A program made the translations under genes and the position numbers. Shown here piece by piece: positions 26,350 through 36,711 of a stretch of 41,970 bases of DNA. The DNA lies in the NCBI GenBank assembly GCA_035347155.1, contig DAORET010000006.1, positions 64,001 to 105,970 on the forward strand, written 5' to 3'. Positions within the stretch are counted from its first letter, which is position 1, and the number at the start of each line of letters is the position of its first letter. The notes under the pieces are model-generated. The model had not been told where the DNA came from. It worked only from the letters and a program-made list of their open reading frames with translations, and did no database searches. Source of the stretch: Leptospiraceae bacterium. GTDB taxonomy: Bacteria; Spirochaetota; Leptospiria; Leptospirales; Leptospiraceae.

Positions 26350-27417
26350 ATGCTTGGAATTCGATTTATCAAAGTGCGACCTACTGATTATGCAATTCTT
26401 TATAAAAAAGGACAGATTCGAAATGAAGGAGCAGGTATTAGTTTCTTTTACTATGCCCCATCTTCAAACGTTGTAATAGTGCCTGCCGCGAGTTGCGATT
26501 CTCCCTTTATATTTAAAGAAACTACAGTAGACTACCAAGAGATCAATATCCAAGGACAATTCACATATCGAGTTCTAGAACCTAGAAAACTGGCTGGACT
26601 TTTAGATTTTGCCGTTGATGTAAATGGTCGTTATACGGGAGATGGTTTTGAAAAACTTCCTGTTCGACTTATGAATGTGATTCAAGTTACTATCCGTGAA
26701 AAACTTTCTGGACTTGATTTAAGAACAGCTTTAAAATCTGGAAGTGAATTTGTATCCCATGTGAAATCAAGACTAAAAGACAATGAATCTCTATCTGCGT
26801 TAGGTGTAGAAGTAGTTGACTTTGCCATATTGAAAATAAGCCCAACCCCAGAAATGTCTAGAGCACTAGAAGCAAGTGCAAGGGAAACTCTACTCAAAGA
26901 AGCGGATGAAGCAATTTACGTCAGACGAAATTTTGCAGTAGAACAAGAAAGAAAAATCAAAGAAAATGAATTGCAAACCCAAATTGCAATCGAAGAAAAA
27001 AATAGAAAAATTCGCGAAGAACAAATGAATATTGAAATTGCAGTTCAAGAAAAAAAAAGCTTGCTCGAAGAAGCAAGAATGAACTCGCAAAAAGCCCTCC
27101 AAGAAAAAGAAAATGAAATAGAAGCACAAAGATTAAAAGCAGAAATCCAAAGAGAAGAGGATCGTAAGCTTCTTGTGAATCATCAGTCCGAAAATATAAT
27201 CCAAACCTCTAAAGCTAAAGCGGAAGCAATTCGTCTTGAGCTAAATGCATTAACAAGCTTAACTCCTGAATTTTTAGAAATACTAGCTTCAAATCAAATG
27301 AACTCACAGCAGATCGTTAGTCGCGCAATGAGAGAGCTTGCAAAAAATGCAGATAAAATTGGTAATCTAAACATTACCCCAGATTTATTAAATAATTTAT
27401 TAGAAAATAATAAATAA
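26350..27417 (+). CDS. Flotillin-like SPFH protein with long C-terminal coiled coil
   Basis: The N-terminal SPFH-like beta/alpha region is followed by ~150 aa of E/K/Q/A-rich heptad sequence (QERKIKENELQTQIAIEEKNRKIREEQMNIEIAVQEKKS...), as in flotillin/YqiK-type proteins. No N-terminal TM helix. Confidence 0.6.
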   Translation: MLGIRFIKVRPTDYAILYKKGQIRNEGAGISFFYYAPSSNVVIVPAASCDSPFIFKETTVDYQEINIQGQFTYRVLEPRKLAGLLDFAVDVNGRYTGDGFEKLPVRLMNVIQVTIREKLSGLDLRTALKSGSEFVSHVKSRLKDNESLSALGVEVVDFAILKISPTPEMSRALEASARETLLKEADEAIYVRRNFAVEQERKIKENELQTQIAIEEKNRKIREEQMNIEIAVQEKKSLLEEARMNSQKALQEKENEIEAQRLKAEIQREEDRKLLVNHQSENIIQTSKAKAEAIRLELNALTSLTPEFLEILASNQMNSQQIVSRAMRELAKNADKIGNLNITPDLLNNLLENNK

Positions 27418-27465
27418 TTTTTATCTAATTTAATATTCTAATCATTCTAAAACAAGAGGTATAAA

Positions 27466-30208
27466 ATGTATTATGTTCTATTTCTATTTATAAGCATAAG
27501 TGTGTTTGGACAGACTACGACTAATTTGGTTAAGAAAGTCTCTATCAGTAATTTCTCAAATTATAAAACAAATCCAGATTCAAAAATGCAAGAGAATATA
27601 TATAAATCACTCTCAAATCGATTTAAAGAAAATGGTTATACTGTTGATCAATTAACAGAGAGCTCTCTTGAAAAAAAGTTAGCCACAGCTAAAGCAAATG
27701 GAAGTAGTTTTTTAATCGATGGATATTATAAAAAAACATCCGGTGAAAATTTAAATATTTTTGTTCAAATTTATAATACCGAAAACGGCAAACTGATTGA
27801 TGCATTCAATCAATCACCAGAATCTCTTCCAGAACTAGGTCAAATAACGTTAGATAAATCTGAAATGACGATCACAGATGATAAAGCAATAGAAGATATG
27901 TCTAAAAAAGTTTTTACTAGAATCCGTGCAAATCCAAAACGCCTTGAGAATCGAGAGAATATAAATGAATATGTAGCGCAAGCTCCGATTGGAAATGAAA
28001 TGAATATCCCTATCCCACAAGAAGATGTTCAAAAAGCTTCCGAGGATGTATTCAAACTATTAAGTGAAGACAATTCTATTTCCATTGTATCAAAAAGAGT
28101 CGGACAGTCAGAGTCAGTTGATAGAACATCAGCTATCGTATCGGTTATTTCTAGATCAAGAATCGTTGATTCAGGAGCTAGAAATTTGGCTGATATTTTA
28201 AAATCTGTTCCAGGTCTGGAGGTTTTTTATGATCAATTCGGGTTTTATAAAGTTGCACTGAGGGGCATTCGTTCGAAATCTGGAATGCTTCTTATGATTG
28301 ATGGTCACCGAATGAATAATTTCTACGATGGTTCTACCTTCATAGACATTCGTGCTGATGCTATTGAAAAAGTTGAAATTATTAGAGGTCCCGGTTCTTC
28401 TGTCCATGGAACAAATGCGTTAGTTGGAGTAATTAACGTAGTAACTAGAGATCTTGGATCAGGAAAGAATTCACAGGGTGTCTTTAGCACACGTGCTGGA
28501 TCGTTTAATACATTTGAACCAACGGCTTTCTATTCAAGGAAGATAGGTGAGTCAGATTGGAGATTTACAACCTATGCTGGAAGCTATCAATCCGATCGCC
28601 AACAAAATCGAATTCCTTATGATGATTCTTGTGCTAGAACCACTCCTACTGCGGGGCAACCTTTCGGAGGGCTGTCAAATGCTTGTAGTAATCCAGGTTA
28701 TACTGTCTTACCATTATACGCTTCTCCTTGGGTAAAAACAAATGACCAAAAAAGACAAAACAATCTTTTCCTCAAACTTCAAAATGGAAGAGATGGATTC
28801 TATATTACTGGCAAGGTTTTAAATGAAACAAGAGGTCCCAATATGGGGGAAATTGCAACCGTTACGCCCTCTTCTGAGCTCAACTTCAATTTTATGAATG
28901 GTGCCATGGGTATCAATAAATTGAATATTACCGAAAAGCTATTAATCAGCGGAAAAGTATATGGAGATTCTTATGCTCGAAGAGATGATATACAAGTTGA
29001 AAGAGAGGACTATCGCAATCATACATTTATGAGCGCTAGAAAAAAAATCTCCTATGAATACTCTACCAAAGGGATTGAATCTGTTATTCAATACAATGCG
29101 CTTTCAAGCCTCGTTGTAATGCTTGGTTTTCAATTTGAAAAACTTGCTGTGAAGAATTTTTATACGCAACAAAATTATCTATCTACTACAACAGCACCGC
29201 TTCCAGGATTATTGCCATTCTTTTGGGATTATGATGGAACTCAAAAAAATCAAAACAGAGAGATCTATACAAGGTGAGTATATACAAGTAATTTGGGATC
29301 CTCTCCAGTGGCTTTCAATCACAATGGGATTGAGACAGGATAGATATTCTGATTTCGGAAGAACGTTAAACCCTAAAGGGGGGATCGTCATTATTCCTTT
29401 CGAAAAGATCTCTGCGGGAACTTTAATTTTAAAAATCCTAGGTGGATCAGCATTTAGGGCGCCTACATTTCAAGAGTTATACGACAGAACCCAGCAATAT
29501 CAAATTGGTGGTATCTTCGGAAACGATAAACTGAAACCAGAGACAATTAGAACCATTGAAATTGGAGCAGATTACAATACACCCTATAAACCTTTGAGTA
29601 TACTTTTAAATGGATATGCAAATAAAATCTATAATAACATAGATGGATTTAATCAATCAAATGTATTTCCTGGAAGAACAGATACATATGTTAATTTGAG
29701 AGGTATATCTATGATAGGTTACGAAGTGGAAGCAAGATTGAACTATTCTGCTAAAAATTATGGTTACGCAAATGCCTCCTGGGTTCAAGTTCTTGATAGC
29801 GGTGGAATTCCGCCTAACGATAAGGTTGACACAGTTACGTTTAGAATCGATGTTCCACAAGCACGAGCAAATATTGGTATAAATCATGAATTTACAAAGT
29901 ATTTCACTTTAAACAATTCAGTTTGGATTTCTTCTGAGAGAGGGTCTAACTCTCGTTATCCTTCGGAAGCTCAGGATAATAGAGCATTTAGAATTCCTCA
30001 ATATCATATTTGGAATGTAAGTCTGGCTACAACCGATGTTGTTTCTAAGAATTTAAACTTTGCGTTAAATATATTTAATCTAAACAATTATAAACTATAT
30101 GATGACATAAATAACGTAACATCAGCCTTTTATCCAAATAGAGTTATCCCTTCAGGCTATCTCTGGGGTCGCTATATTGAGTTTAAACTAACATATTTTC
30201 TAAATTAA
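27466..30208 (+). pseudogene. TonB-dependent outer-membrane receptor, interrupted by a frameshift in an A7 tract (two ORFs, 27466-29277 and 29231-30208)
   Basis: Signal peptide, ~210-aa N-terminal extension, and a plug domain (ADILKSVPGLEV...IDGHRMNNFYDG...VEIIRGPGSSVHGTNALVGVINVVTRD). The barrel continues in the second ORF in frame +1 after A7 at 29243-29249. Removing one A gives the continuous reading ...GTQKIKTERSIQGEY... Confidence 0.6.
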
Positions 30209-30218
30209 GGAGACTACT

Positions 30219-31192
30219 ATGAATAAATTAATTTTTTTATTAATTATCAATTTGTTTTTTTGCATTCAAAAAAAGCACCTCCTGCAAATGCGTTACTCGC
30301 TACTTCGGCAACTACGAATGTTTCGGTAGGTGCTCCAAAAAGTATCGGCTTAGATTTAGTGACAAATAATAGATCTTGGAATAGAGGTTGCGAGACAAGA
30401 GTTGGGAATCTAATTGCTGATTCTTTCGCTTGGAAGGCGAATGCTGATATAGGAACTGCAAATGGTGGAAATGTTAGAGATGATCAAAATGTTCCCACAA
30501 TTAAAAAAGGAACTATTCCTGATAATACTTTATTCGGGAAATTTTTAATATTCAAAAATCAAATCTATTTAACTCAAATCAATGCATATCGCTTAAAACA
30601 AGCATTGGAAAATTCTAACCGTCAGTTGACAACTACTAGAATTGCAGCGAGCACAGATGATAATGATGTAGATGGTCCACAGCATGGAAATTGCTATTCC
30701 TCAGGAAGTGGTAGTGGTAGACTCCTCTATGTTAGTTCCAATCTTTCTGTTGATGTAACAGTAGCAAATACACCAATGACTGTAACCGGTTCTGCTGCCT
30801 CTAATAATTTAGCAACTGGTGTAACAGGCGCACGCATTACAAGAATGTTTGTAAAGGGAGTCATGATTTATAATAATCCAACTGGAAGCTTTACATCGGG
30901 CTGGGCAAACGGAACATCCTCTTGCACAGTAAAACAAACTTCATTCACAAATAGTGCTGCATGCAATCAATATACTCTAGCGTCTGTCGACTTTCAGGTA
31001 AATGGTGGAGATGGAAATTTTTCTTTCAACCCTGATGTAGCTCCTAGCGAATTTTCAGGTGATAGTCCTGCTAGTGCTGCTATCATAAAAAAAGATTTGG
31101 GTATTGATGCAGAGATCGTTTATGACTATGTTCAGACTTTTATAAACGGACCGGTCTTTCCAAGGGTCACGGGTCGGCTAAATATTTTTTAA
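30219..31192 (+). CDS. Lipoprotein consisting of a stand-alone 5'-nucleotidase C-terminal (substrate-binding) domain; signal peptide out of frame at an A7 tract
   Basis: GGAG then ATG at 30219 gives MNKLIFLLIINLFFC (signal plus lipobox), which stops after 36 codons. The main ORF (TTG at 30260, other frame) has CETRVGNLIADSF, ANGGNVR, FQVNGGDGNF and the C-terminal GRLNIF, matching the UshA/CD73 C-domain motifs (CNMGNLICDAM, NGGGIR, ANGGDGF, GRIKF). The frames join if A7 at 30268-30274 is read as A8. Confidence 0.55.
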
Positions 31193-31420
31193 TGGGAATA
31201 AACCGAAACAAAATGCGAAAATTTCACTAACAACCTTTTTATAAAAAGAGTAAAATGAGATACTCTGCTTCAACTTCACGATGCAAAAAGATCAAATTAA
31301 CAAAGGGGTTTCTGCCGATTTAGAACTCTTTTTGATTCAATGTCAGTCAAGCATGAGTATATTTTTTAGTATTAAAGTTTTCCTATCTTTTTTATATGTC
31401 AATATTGTAGAATTCATAGA

Positions 31421-32350
31421 ATGCAAGATATAAAAAATATACTCACCCAAAATAAAAATAACCTAAAAAATTGGATCGAAGAAAATCAAATCCAAGCCTA
31501 TCGAATTTATGATCGTGAATTAGAGAATTACCCAGTTGCAATAGACCTTTACTTAAATAAAGCACACATACAAGTATATGAAAGTAAAAATACTGAGGCT
31601 AATGATGATTTACTTATTAAAAACATTTCGGATGACGTAGAAATAGCACTCGGTATTCCAAAAATAAATCAATACTATAAATCTAGAAAGAGACAAAAAG
31701 AAGGCGGTCAATACGAGAAAGTTGCTACAACGAAGGAAAGGTTTATTATCAAGGAGAATGGAGCAGATTTCTATGTTAATTTAAAAGACTATTTAGATAC
31801 AGGAATTTTTTTAGATCACCGAAAGACAAGAACTCTCGTAAAAAATGATTTAGCCAAAGGCAAGGAAAGAATGTTAAATTTATTTTCTTATACATCTTCC
31901 TTTAGTATCGTATCCGCTTTGGCTGGGGTTAAATATACAACATCCGTGGATATGTCTAATACATATTGTGATTGGTCACGTGATAATTTTAAATTGAATT
32001 CTCTAGAAAAATTTAATCATATTGCTATAAGAGATAACGTTTTATTTTTCCTAGAGAATATGAAAAAAAACTGGATGTTTGATCTGATTGTAATCGATCC
32101 TCCTACTTTTTCAAGATCAAAAAAAATGCCAGTTCCGTTCGATGTGCAAAAAGATCATCCTTTTTTAATTAATAAAAGTTTAGAACATTTAAATCCGGAT
32201 GGGATCATCCTCTTTTCAAATAATTTTCAAAAATTTAGATTAAACGGCGATTTACTAAATAGTAAAACGATATTTGACATTACTAAAGATACAATTCCAG
32301 TGGATTTTAAAAATCAAAAAATCCACAATTGTTTCCTAATAAAAAAATAA
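31421..32350 (+). CDS. Class I SAM-dependent methyltransferase, RlmI/RlmK-like rRNA methyltransferase family
   Basis: TGIFLDHR..., MLNLFSYTSSFSIVSALAG (Rossmann SAM motif region), and DLIVIDPPTFSRS (the DPP motif typical of m5C/m2G RNA MTases). Confidence 0.6.
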   Translation: MQDIKNILTQNKNNLKNWIEENQIQAYRIYDRELENYPVAIDLYLNKAHIQVYESKNTEANDDLLIKNISDDVEIALGIPKINQYYKSRKRQKEGGQYEKVATTKERFIIKENGADFYVNLKDYLDTGIFLDHRKTRTLVKNDLAKGKERMLNLFSYTSSFSIVSALAGVKYTTSVDMSNTYCDWSRDNFKLNSLEKFNHIAIRDNVLFFLENMKKNWMFDLIVIDPPTFSRSKKMPVPFDVQKDHPFLINKSLEHLNPDGIILFSNNFQKFRLNGDLLNSKTIFDITKDTIPVDFKNQKIHNCFLIKK

Positions 32351-32357
32351 AATAAAT

Positions 32358-32972
32358 TTAAACTATTTTTAATTTCACATGAATGCTTTCTACAACTTCC
32401 GGATAACCGTTTTTAATTGCAAGATAGAGAGGAGTATTCCCATCACCATCTTCCAAGTGCATCCTTGCTCCTTTCTCAATTAAAAGCTTTGCTACTTCGA
32501 TTCTTCCATGAACTCCCCAACAATACTTGTATTTTCCTCTTTCTACACAATCATCACATTCAAGAAAAATACGAGTATGATTCACTGCACAATGTAGCGG
32601 AGTATGCCCAAACGTATTTTGTATATTTAATGGAGCACCATGTTCAATCAGTAAACTCGCTTCTCTCAACTTTCCATGATTTGCAGCAAAATGCAGTGGT
32701 GTATAGTCGAAATTACTTAAAACATTTACCTTTGCACCCCTCTCTAAAAGTATTTTTACAATTTCATAGCCTCCTCTATTAACAGCATAGTGAAGTGGAG
32801 TGTGCCAATAATTTGTAACCGCATTTATATCAGAACCATTATTCAGTAAGGCAATTACTTTCTCGCTATTTCCTTCATTCGCTGCAATATGGAGAGACGT
32901 CAATCCATCAAAGTCTCTTTCTTCATAGTCTGGTCTAAAAGTTTTTTCTATTTCTAATATCGTTTTATCCAT
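32358..32972 (-). CDS. Ankyrin-repeat protein (second paralog in window)
   Basis: Repeats GLTSLHIAANEGN, WHTPLHYAVNRGG, DYTPLHFAANHGK, GHTPLHCAVNH, GNTPLYLAIKNGY. Confidence 0.85.
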   Translation of the reverse strand: MDKTILEIEKTFRPDYEERDFDGLTSLHIAANEGNSEKVIALLNNGSDINAVTNYWHTPLHYAVNRGGYEIVKILLERGAKVNVLSNFDYTPLHFAANHGKLREASLLIEHGAPLNIQNTFGHTPLHCAVNHTRIFLECDDCVERGKYKYCWGVHGRIEVAKLLIEKGARMHLEDGDGNTPLYLAIKNGYPEVVESIHVKLKIV

Positions 32973-33501
32973 TGTGTTATCCTCGTATTTATTGATGGTT
33001 CAGAAGTATTGCTCTGAACTTTGTTTATATTTTCGAATTCGCATCGAGGATTTCGGTTAGTCAGAAAATGGATGATTTATTTATTGACTTTTAATTTTCA
33101 TCTAACACCAGTTTGCCGATTTGGCAATAATAAATGCAATCTTTTTTTATTTTTTATTTTTTTTAGATTCTACCATTAATAAAAGTCAATCTTTTGTTAT
33201 ATATGATTAAAATTCAGATGGAAAAATAGGAAATTAGCTCTCAAGCATTGTCTTTTTTAATATACTTTTTTATTTTACTATAATTCTTTCTTGAATTCGA
33301 TTATTTGCAATATCGATTCCTTTAGATAAATTTGCTTCTTAAACTCAAAACAAATCATTCAAATCGCTCTAGGAATAATATCGTAAGTATTTGTCAAAAC
33401 TCTAGCCCCAGATATTCGTTTAACAGTTATTATTCTCTATTCCAAAAACTATTTCTCAATCAGAATAGAGGTGAACCTAATGGGAACGTTTATTTCATTT
33501 A

Positions 33502-34362
33502 TTAATGTGAGTTATTTAATATTTCCGCTATTTCTCTTGGCTTCTCTAAGTGAATAGCATGTCTTGCATGATCGAGTAGAATCAGTTTACTCCCTCTTAT
33601 ATAGGACTTTAATATCTTCATTGATTCCGGACTTGTGATGGAATCCTGTTTCCCTGAAATAATAATTGTTGGAATTTTAATCTTTCGTGCTTCTTTTCCA
33701 AAAAATATTTCATGTTCTCTTTCTATCGTATTTTCTGCTAAATATTGATACTCTATACTATTCCAAGCAACGACTAACGTTTTTCTAATTATCTTTGAAG
33801 GAGCTGGTGCCTCTCTATAGTATAAATGCTGTAAAAGTCTTGTCACTTCTTCATGCTCAGAAGGGAAAAGTATAGCTCTCATTTCATCTCTTTTGGGATG
33901 AGGAATTCCACCAGATGATAACAAAAATAATTTAGAAATTCTTTTTTTATGTAAATCTAAAAGTGCAATGTGTTGGGAAATCAAGCCTCCCATAGAATGT
34001 CCGCATAAGATTGCATTTTCTAAATTCAAATTTTCGATTACTCGATAGATCATTTTTGCAAATATATCAATTTGATATAGATATTTTATTTTAGGTAGAC
34101 GGCTTTTCCCAAAACCAGGAATATCTATAATATAGAGCTTATATTGTTTATCTAAGTAGGGAACTAACTTTCTAAAGCCGAATGCGGAATCAAGTAATCC
34201 ATGAATTAGGATCAAAGGCTTTCCGGTATTTTGAGAAACAAAATAGCAAACTTCGTTCCCCCCGATATCTTCATAAGATTCAACTAATCCTAGTTCTTTT
34301 TTTAAGATTTGATAACGTGTATAACTAAAATATTTATAGAATGAACGATAGACTAGATTCAT
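33502..34362 (-). CDS. Alpha/beta-fold hydrolase
   Basis: LILIHGLLDS (oxyanion region), nucleophile elbow GHSMGG, and the C-terminal LLDHARHAIHLEKP (His). It is coupled (ATGA overlap) to the upstream cyclase gene. Confidence 0.75.
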   Translation of the reverse strand: MNLVYRSFYKYFSYTRYQILKKELGLVESYEDIGGNEVCYFVSQNTGKPLILIHGLLDSAFGFRKLVPYLDKQYKLYIIDIPGFGKSRLPKIKYLYQIDIFAKMIYRVIENLNLENAILCGHSMGGLISQHIALLDLHKKRISKLFLLSSGGIPHPKRDEMRAILFPSEHEEVTRLLQHLYYREAPAPSKIIRKTLVVAWNSIEYQYLAENTIEREHEIFFGKEARKIKIPTIIISGKQDSITSPESMKILKSYIRGSKLILLDHARHAIHLEKPREIAEILNNSH

Positions 34363-35567
34363 TTCTTACCTTTTACCAAATACATGTCAATTTCCCCTTT
34401 GTTCTTTGCTGAGATCTTTCCGCGGTATTCACAATCAAATTGATCCTTTATCAAATAATACGTTGCGGAGGAAATATTAACTTCCCCAATCAAACCAGAA
34501 GATTCCATTCTACTTGCTGTATTTACAGTATCTCCCCAAATATCATAAACAATTTTTTCATGACCAATCACACCCGCCACAAGACTTCCTGTATGAATTC
34601 CAATTCTTAGTTCAAAAAATGGTTTTCCCTCTTCTTGTTTTTTGATTTTCATTCTGTTCATATATTCTCTAAATTCAAGTGCGCATAATACTGTATCAAC
34701 TGCATTTGTTTCATTCGCAATTGGTATTCCGCCTGCCGCCATATAGGCATCCCCGATTGTTTTTATTTTTTCTACTCCATACTTTTTTACAATAGAATCA
34801 AATACAGAGAAAATAGTATCAAGTTCAAATAATAACTCTTCTGGACTCATATTCTCTGCAATTTTTGTAAATCCTGCCATATCTGTAAATAAAACGGAAA
34901 CACTCGTATATCTAGCTGGAACTACTTTATCATTTTGCTTTAACTCATTGGCAATTTTCTCAGGTAAAATATTCAATAGAAGCTTATCTGACTTCTTTCT
35001 CTCTAAATCTAAATTTCTAGAAAGTATAAAAATTAAAAATCCTGTGAATAACTGAACGAATGCATAATTAATGGAAGCATCTAAATACCTATCTTGATTC
35101 TTATCGAACATAGTAATTAGTTGCGGATAATAGTATTCTACCCCAAAGAGAGCAAGGGTTAATATCGAATATACCGCATATACAAAAATAATATTATTAT
35201 TTCTTACAAGTATTGTAGCGATCACTAAAGCAGGTATTAAATAGTAATGAGAACCCCCAAGTGAGCCTCCATTCGTAAACCAATTGGCTGCAAGAAAAAA
35301 CAGAATTGTTAAATTGAGCGGCCAATATAAAATATAATAAATACTTTTAAACCTAGCTAAATAATAGAGAATTAAAAATACAATTCCAGTTCCAAAGTTT
35401 AGAGAAAATAGAATTAAAAAATTAGGGAGATAAAAGGTTCCAAAAGATCCAAAAATATTAATAATCCCATTTGCAAGTGCAATTGAATTAAAAAGTCTAT
35501 GCTCTAGAGAGTTTTTTTTAAAATCACCAATGAGTAAAACTAAAATCGAAATTAGTTTTTGTTTCAT
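34359..35567 (-). CDS. Membrane-anchored class III adenylate/guanylate cyclase (6 TM + CYCc)
   Basis: Six N-terminal hydrophobic helices, then LLNILPEKIANELKQND...VLFTDMAGFTKIAENMSP...KTIGDAYMAAGGIP...GSLVAGVIG...DIWGDTVNTASRMES. The catalytic domain is highly similar to the FIST-cyclase paralog. Confidence 0.8.
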   Translation of the reverse strand: MKQKLISILVLLIGDFKKNSLEHRLFNSIALANGIINIFGSFGTFYLPNFLILFSLNFGTGIVFLILYYLARFKSIYYILYWPLNLTILFFLAANWFTNGGSLGGSHYYLIPALVIATILVRNNNIIFVYAVYSILTLALFGVEYYYPQLITMFDKNQDRYLDASINYAFVQLFTGFLIFILSRNLDLERKKSDKLLLNILPEKIANELKQNDKVVPARYTSVSVLFTDMAGFTKIAENMSPEELLFELDTIFSVFDSIVKKYGVEKIKTIGDAYMAAGGIPIANETNAVDTVLCALEFREYMNRMKIKKQEEGKPFFELRIGIHTGSLVAGVIGHEKIVYDIWGDTVNTASRMESSGLIGEVNISSATYYLIKDQFDCEYRGKISAKNKGEIDMYLVKGKK

Positions 35568-35688
35568 ACCAATTTCATTTTCCCTAATTCTCCTAAACTA
35601 CAACTCATTTTCTAAAAAAAAACGAATCTCAAATAAAAAAATTGTAACTTATTTCATTTAGCGAACAAATGGAATATAGAGATATTTT

Positions 35689-36090
35689 ATGAAAATTAAA
35701 TTCATTTGGATGTTTAGAATTATCGCCTCAGTTATTATGCTTCAAACTTTATTTTATAAATTTACGGGTAGTCCCGAATCAATCTATATTTTTACTACAA
35801 TTGGAGTAGAGCCTTTTGGTCGAATCGCTGCAGGCATATCAGAGTTAATTGCTTCAATTTTACTTCTATTCTCTTCCACTTATCTTTATGGAGCAATTCT
35901 TACATTGGCAATTATGTCGGGTGCATTAATAAGTCATCTAACGATTTTAGGCATTGAAGTTCAAAAAGATGGCGGACTTCTTTTTTTATTAGCGATAGTC
36001 GTATTTATAACTTCCCTCGGAATTATTTTATTAGAAAAAGAGAAATTTATCTTTCTAATGCAAACGATTCGATCTAAATTTAAGAAATAA
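35689..36090 (+). CDS. DoxX-family small membrane protein
   Basis: 133 aa with four hydrophobic helices. RIAAGISELIASILLL matches the DoxX core helix. Confidence 0.45.
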   Translation: MKIKFIWMFRIIASVIMLQTLFYKFTGSPESIYIFTTIGVEPFGRIAAGISELIASILLLFSSTYLYGAILTLAIMSGALISHLTILGIEVQKDGGLLFLLAIVVFITSLGIILLEKEKFIFLMQTIRSKFKK

Positions 36091-36219
36091 ATTTTTTGAG
36101 AAACGAACTGAGAGCAAGAATAAATTAAAAACTGTCTTTATACAAAAAAGGAAGATGTAAAGCGAATCAAAAAGATGAAAAGTAATTTTATTAATATTCT
36201 AGAGAAATTGGAGTTAAGT

Positions 36220-36711
36220 ATGAACAAAATATTTAAATATATCATTTGTGTCCTGATTGGTTTTTCCATTTTTACATGTGGTAAAATCATTGGAGAACAA
36301 AAAACAAAGCAAACCTATTCAATCCAGAAATCAGATGAGGAATGGAAAAAAATTCTAAGTCCAGAAGCATACAAAGTCTTAAGAGAAAAAGGAACAGAAC
36401 GACCTTTCACAAACGAATTTTCTTTAAAAGAAAAGGGTTACTTTGTTTGTGCTGCCTGCGGCAACAAAGTGTTTGCCTCTGACCATAAATTTGATTCAGG
36501 CACAGGCTGGCCTAGCTTCTATCAACCAATCAATAAAGAAAATGTAGGAGAAGAAACAGATAAAAGTTGGGGAATGACTAGAACAGAAGTTCATTGCAGC
36601 AAATGTGGAGGACATTTAGGTCATGTTTTTAATGACGGTCCTAATCCTACAGGTCTTCGATACTGTATAAATGGAATCGCATTGAAGTTTATTAAGTTTG
36701 ATAGTAAGTAA
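36220..36711 (+). CDS. msrB: Peptide-methionine (R)-S-oxide reductase MsrB, lipoprotein-anchored
   Basis: Two CxxC zinc motifs ([18 protein letters not shown]) and the catalytic RYCING (RYCINS-type). The preferred start is ATG 36220 (GGAG 6 nt upstream), giving [21 protein letters not shown] (lipobox). Confidence 0.85.
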   Translation: MNKIFKYIICVLIGFSIFTCGKIIGEQKTKQTYSIQKSDEEWKKILSPEAYKVLREKGTERPFTNEFSLKEKGYFVCAACGNKVFASDHKFDSGTGWPSFYQPINKENVGEETDKSWGMTRTEVHCSKCGGHLGHVFNDGPNPTGLRYCINGIALKFIKFDSK

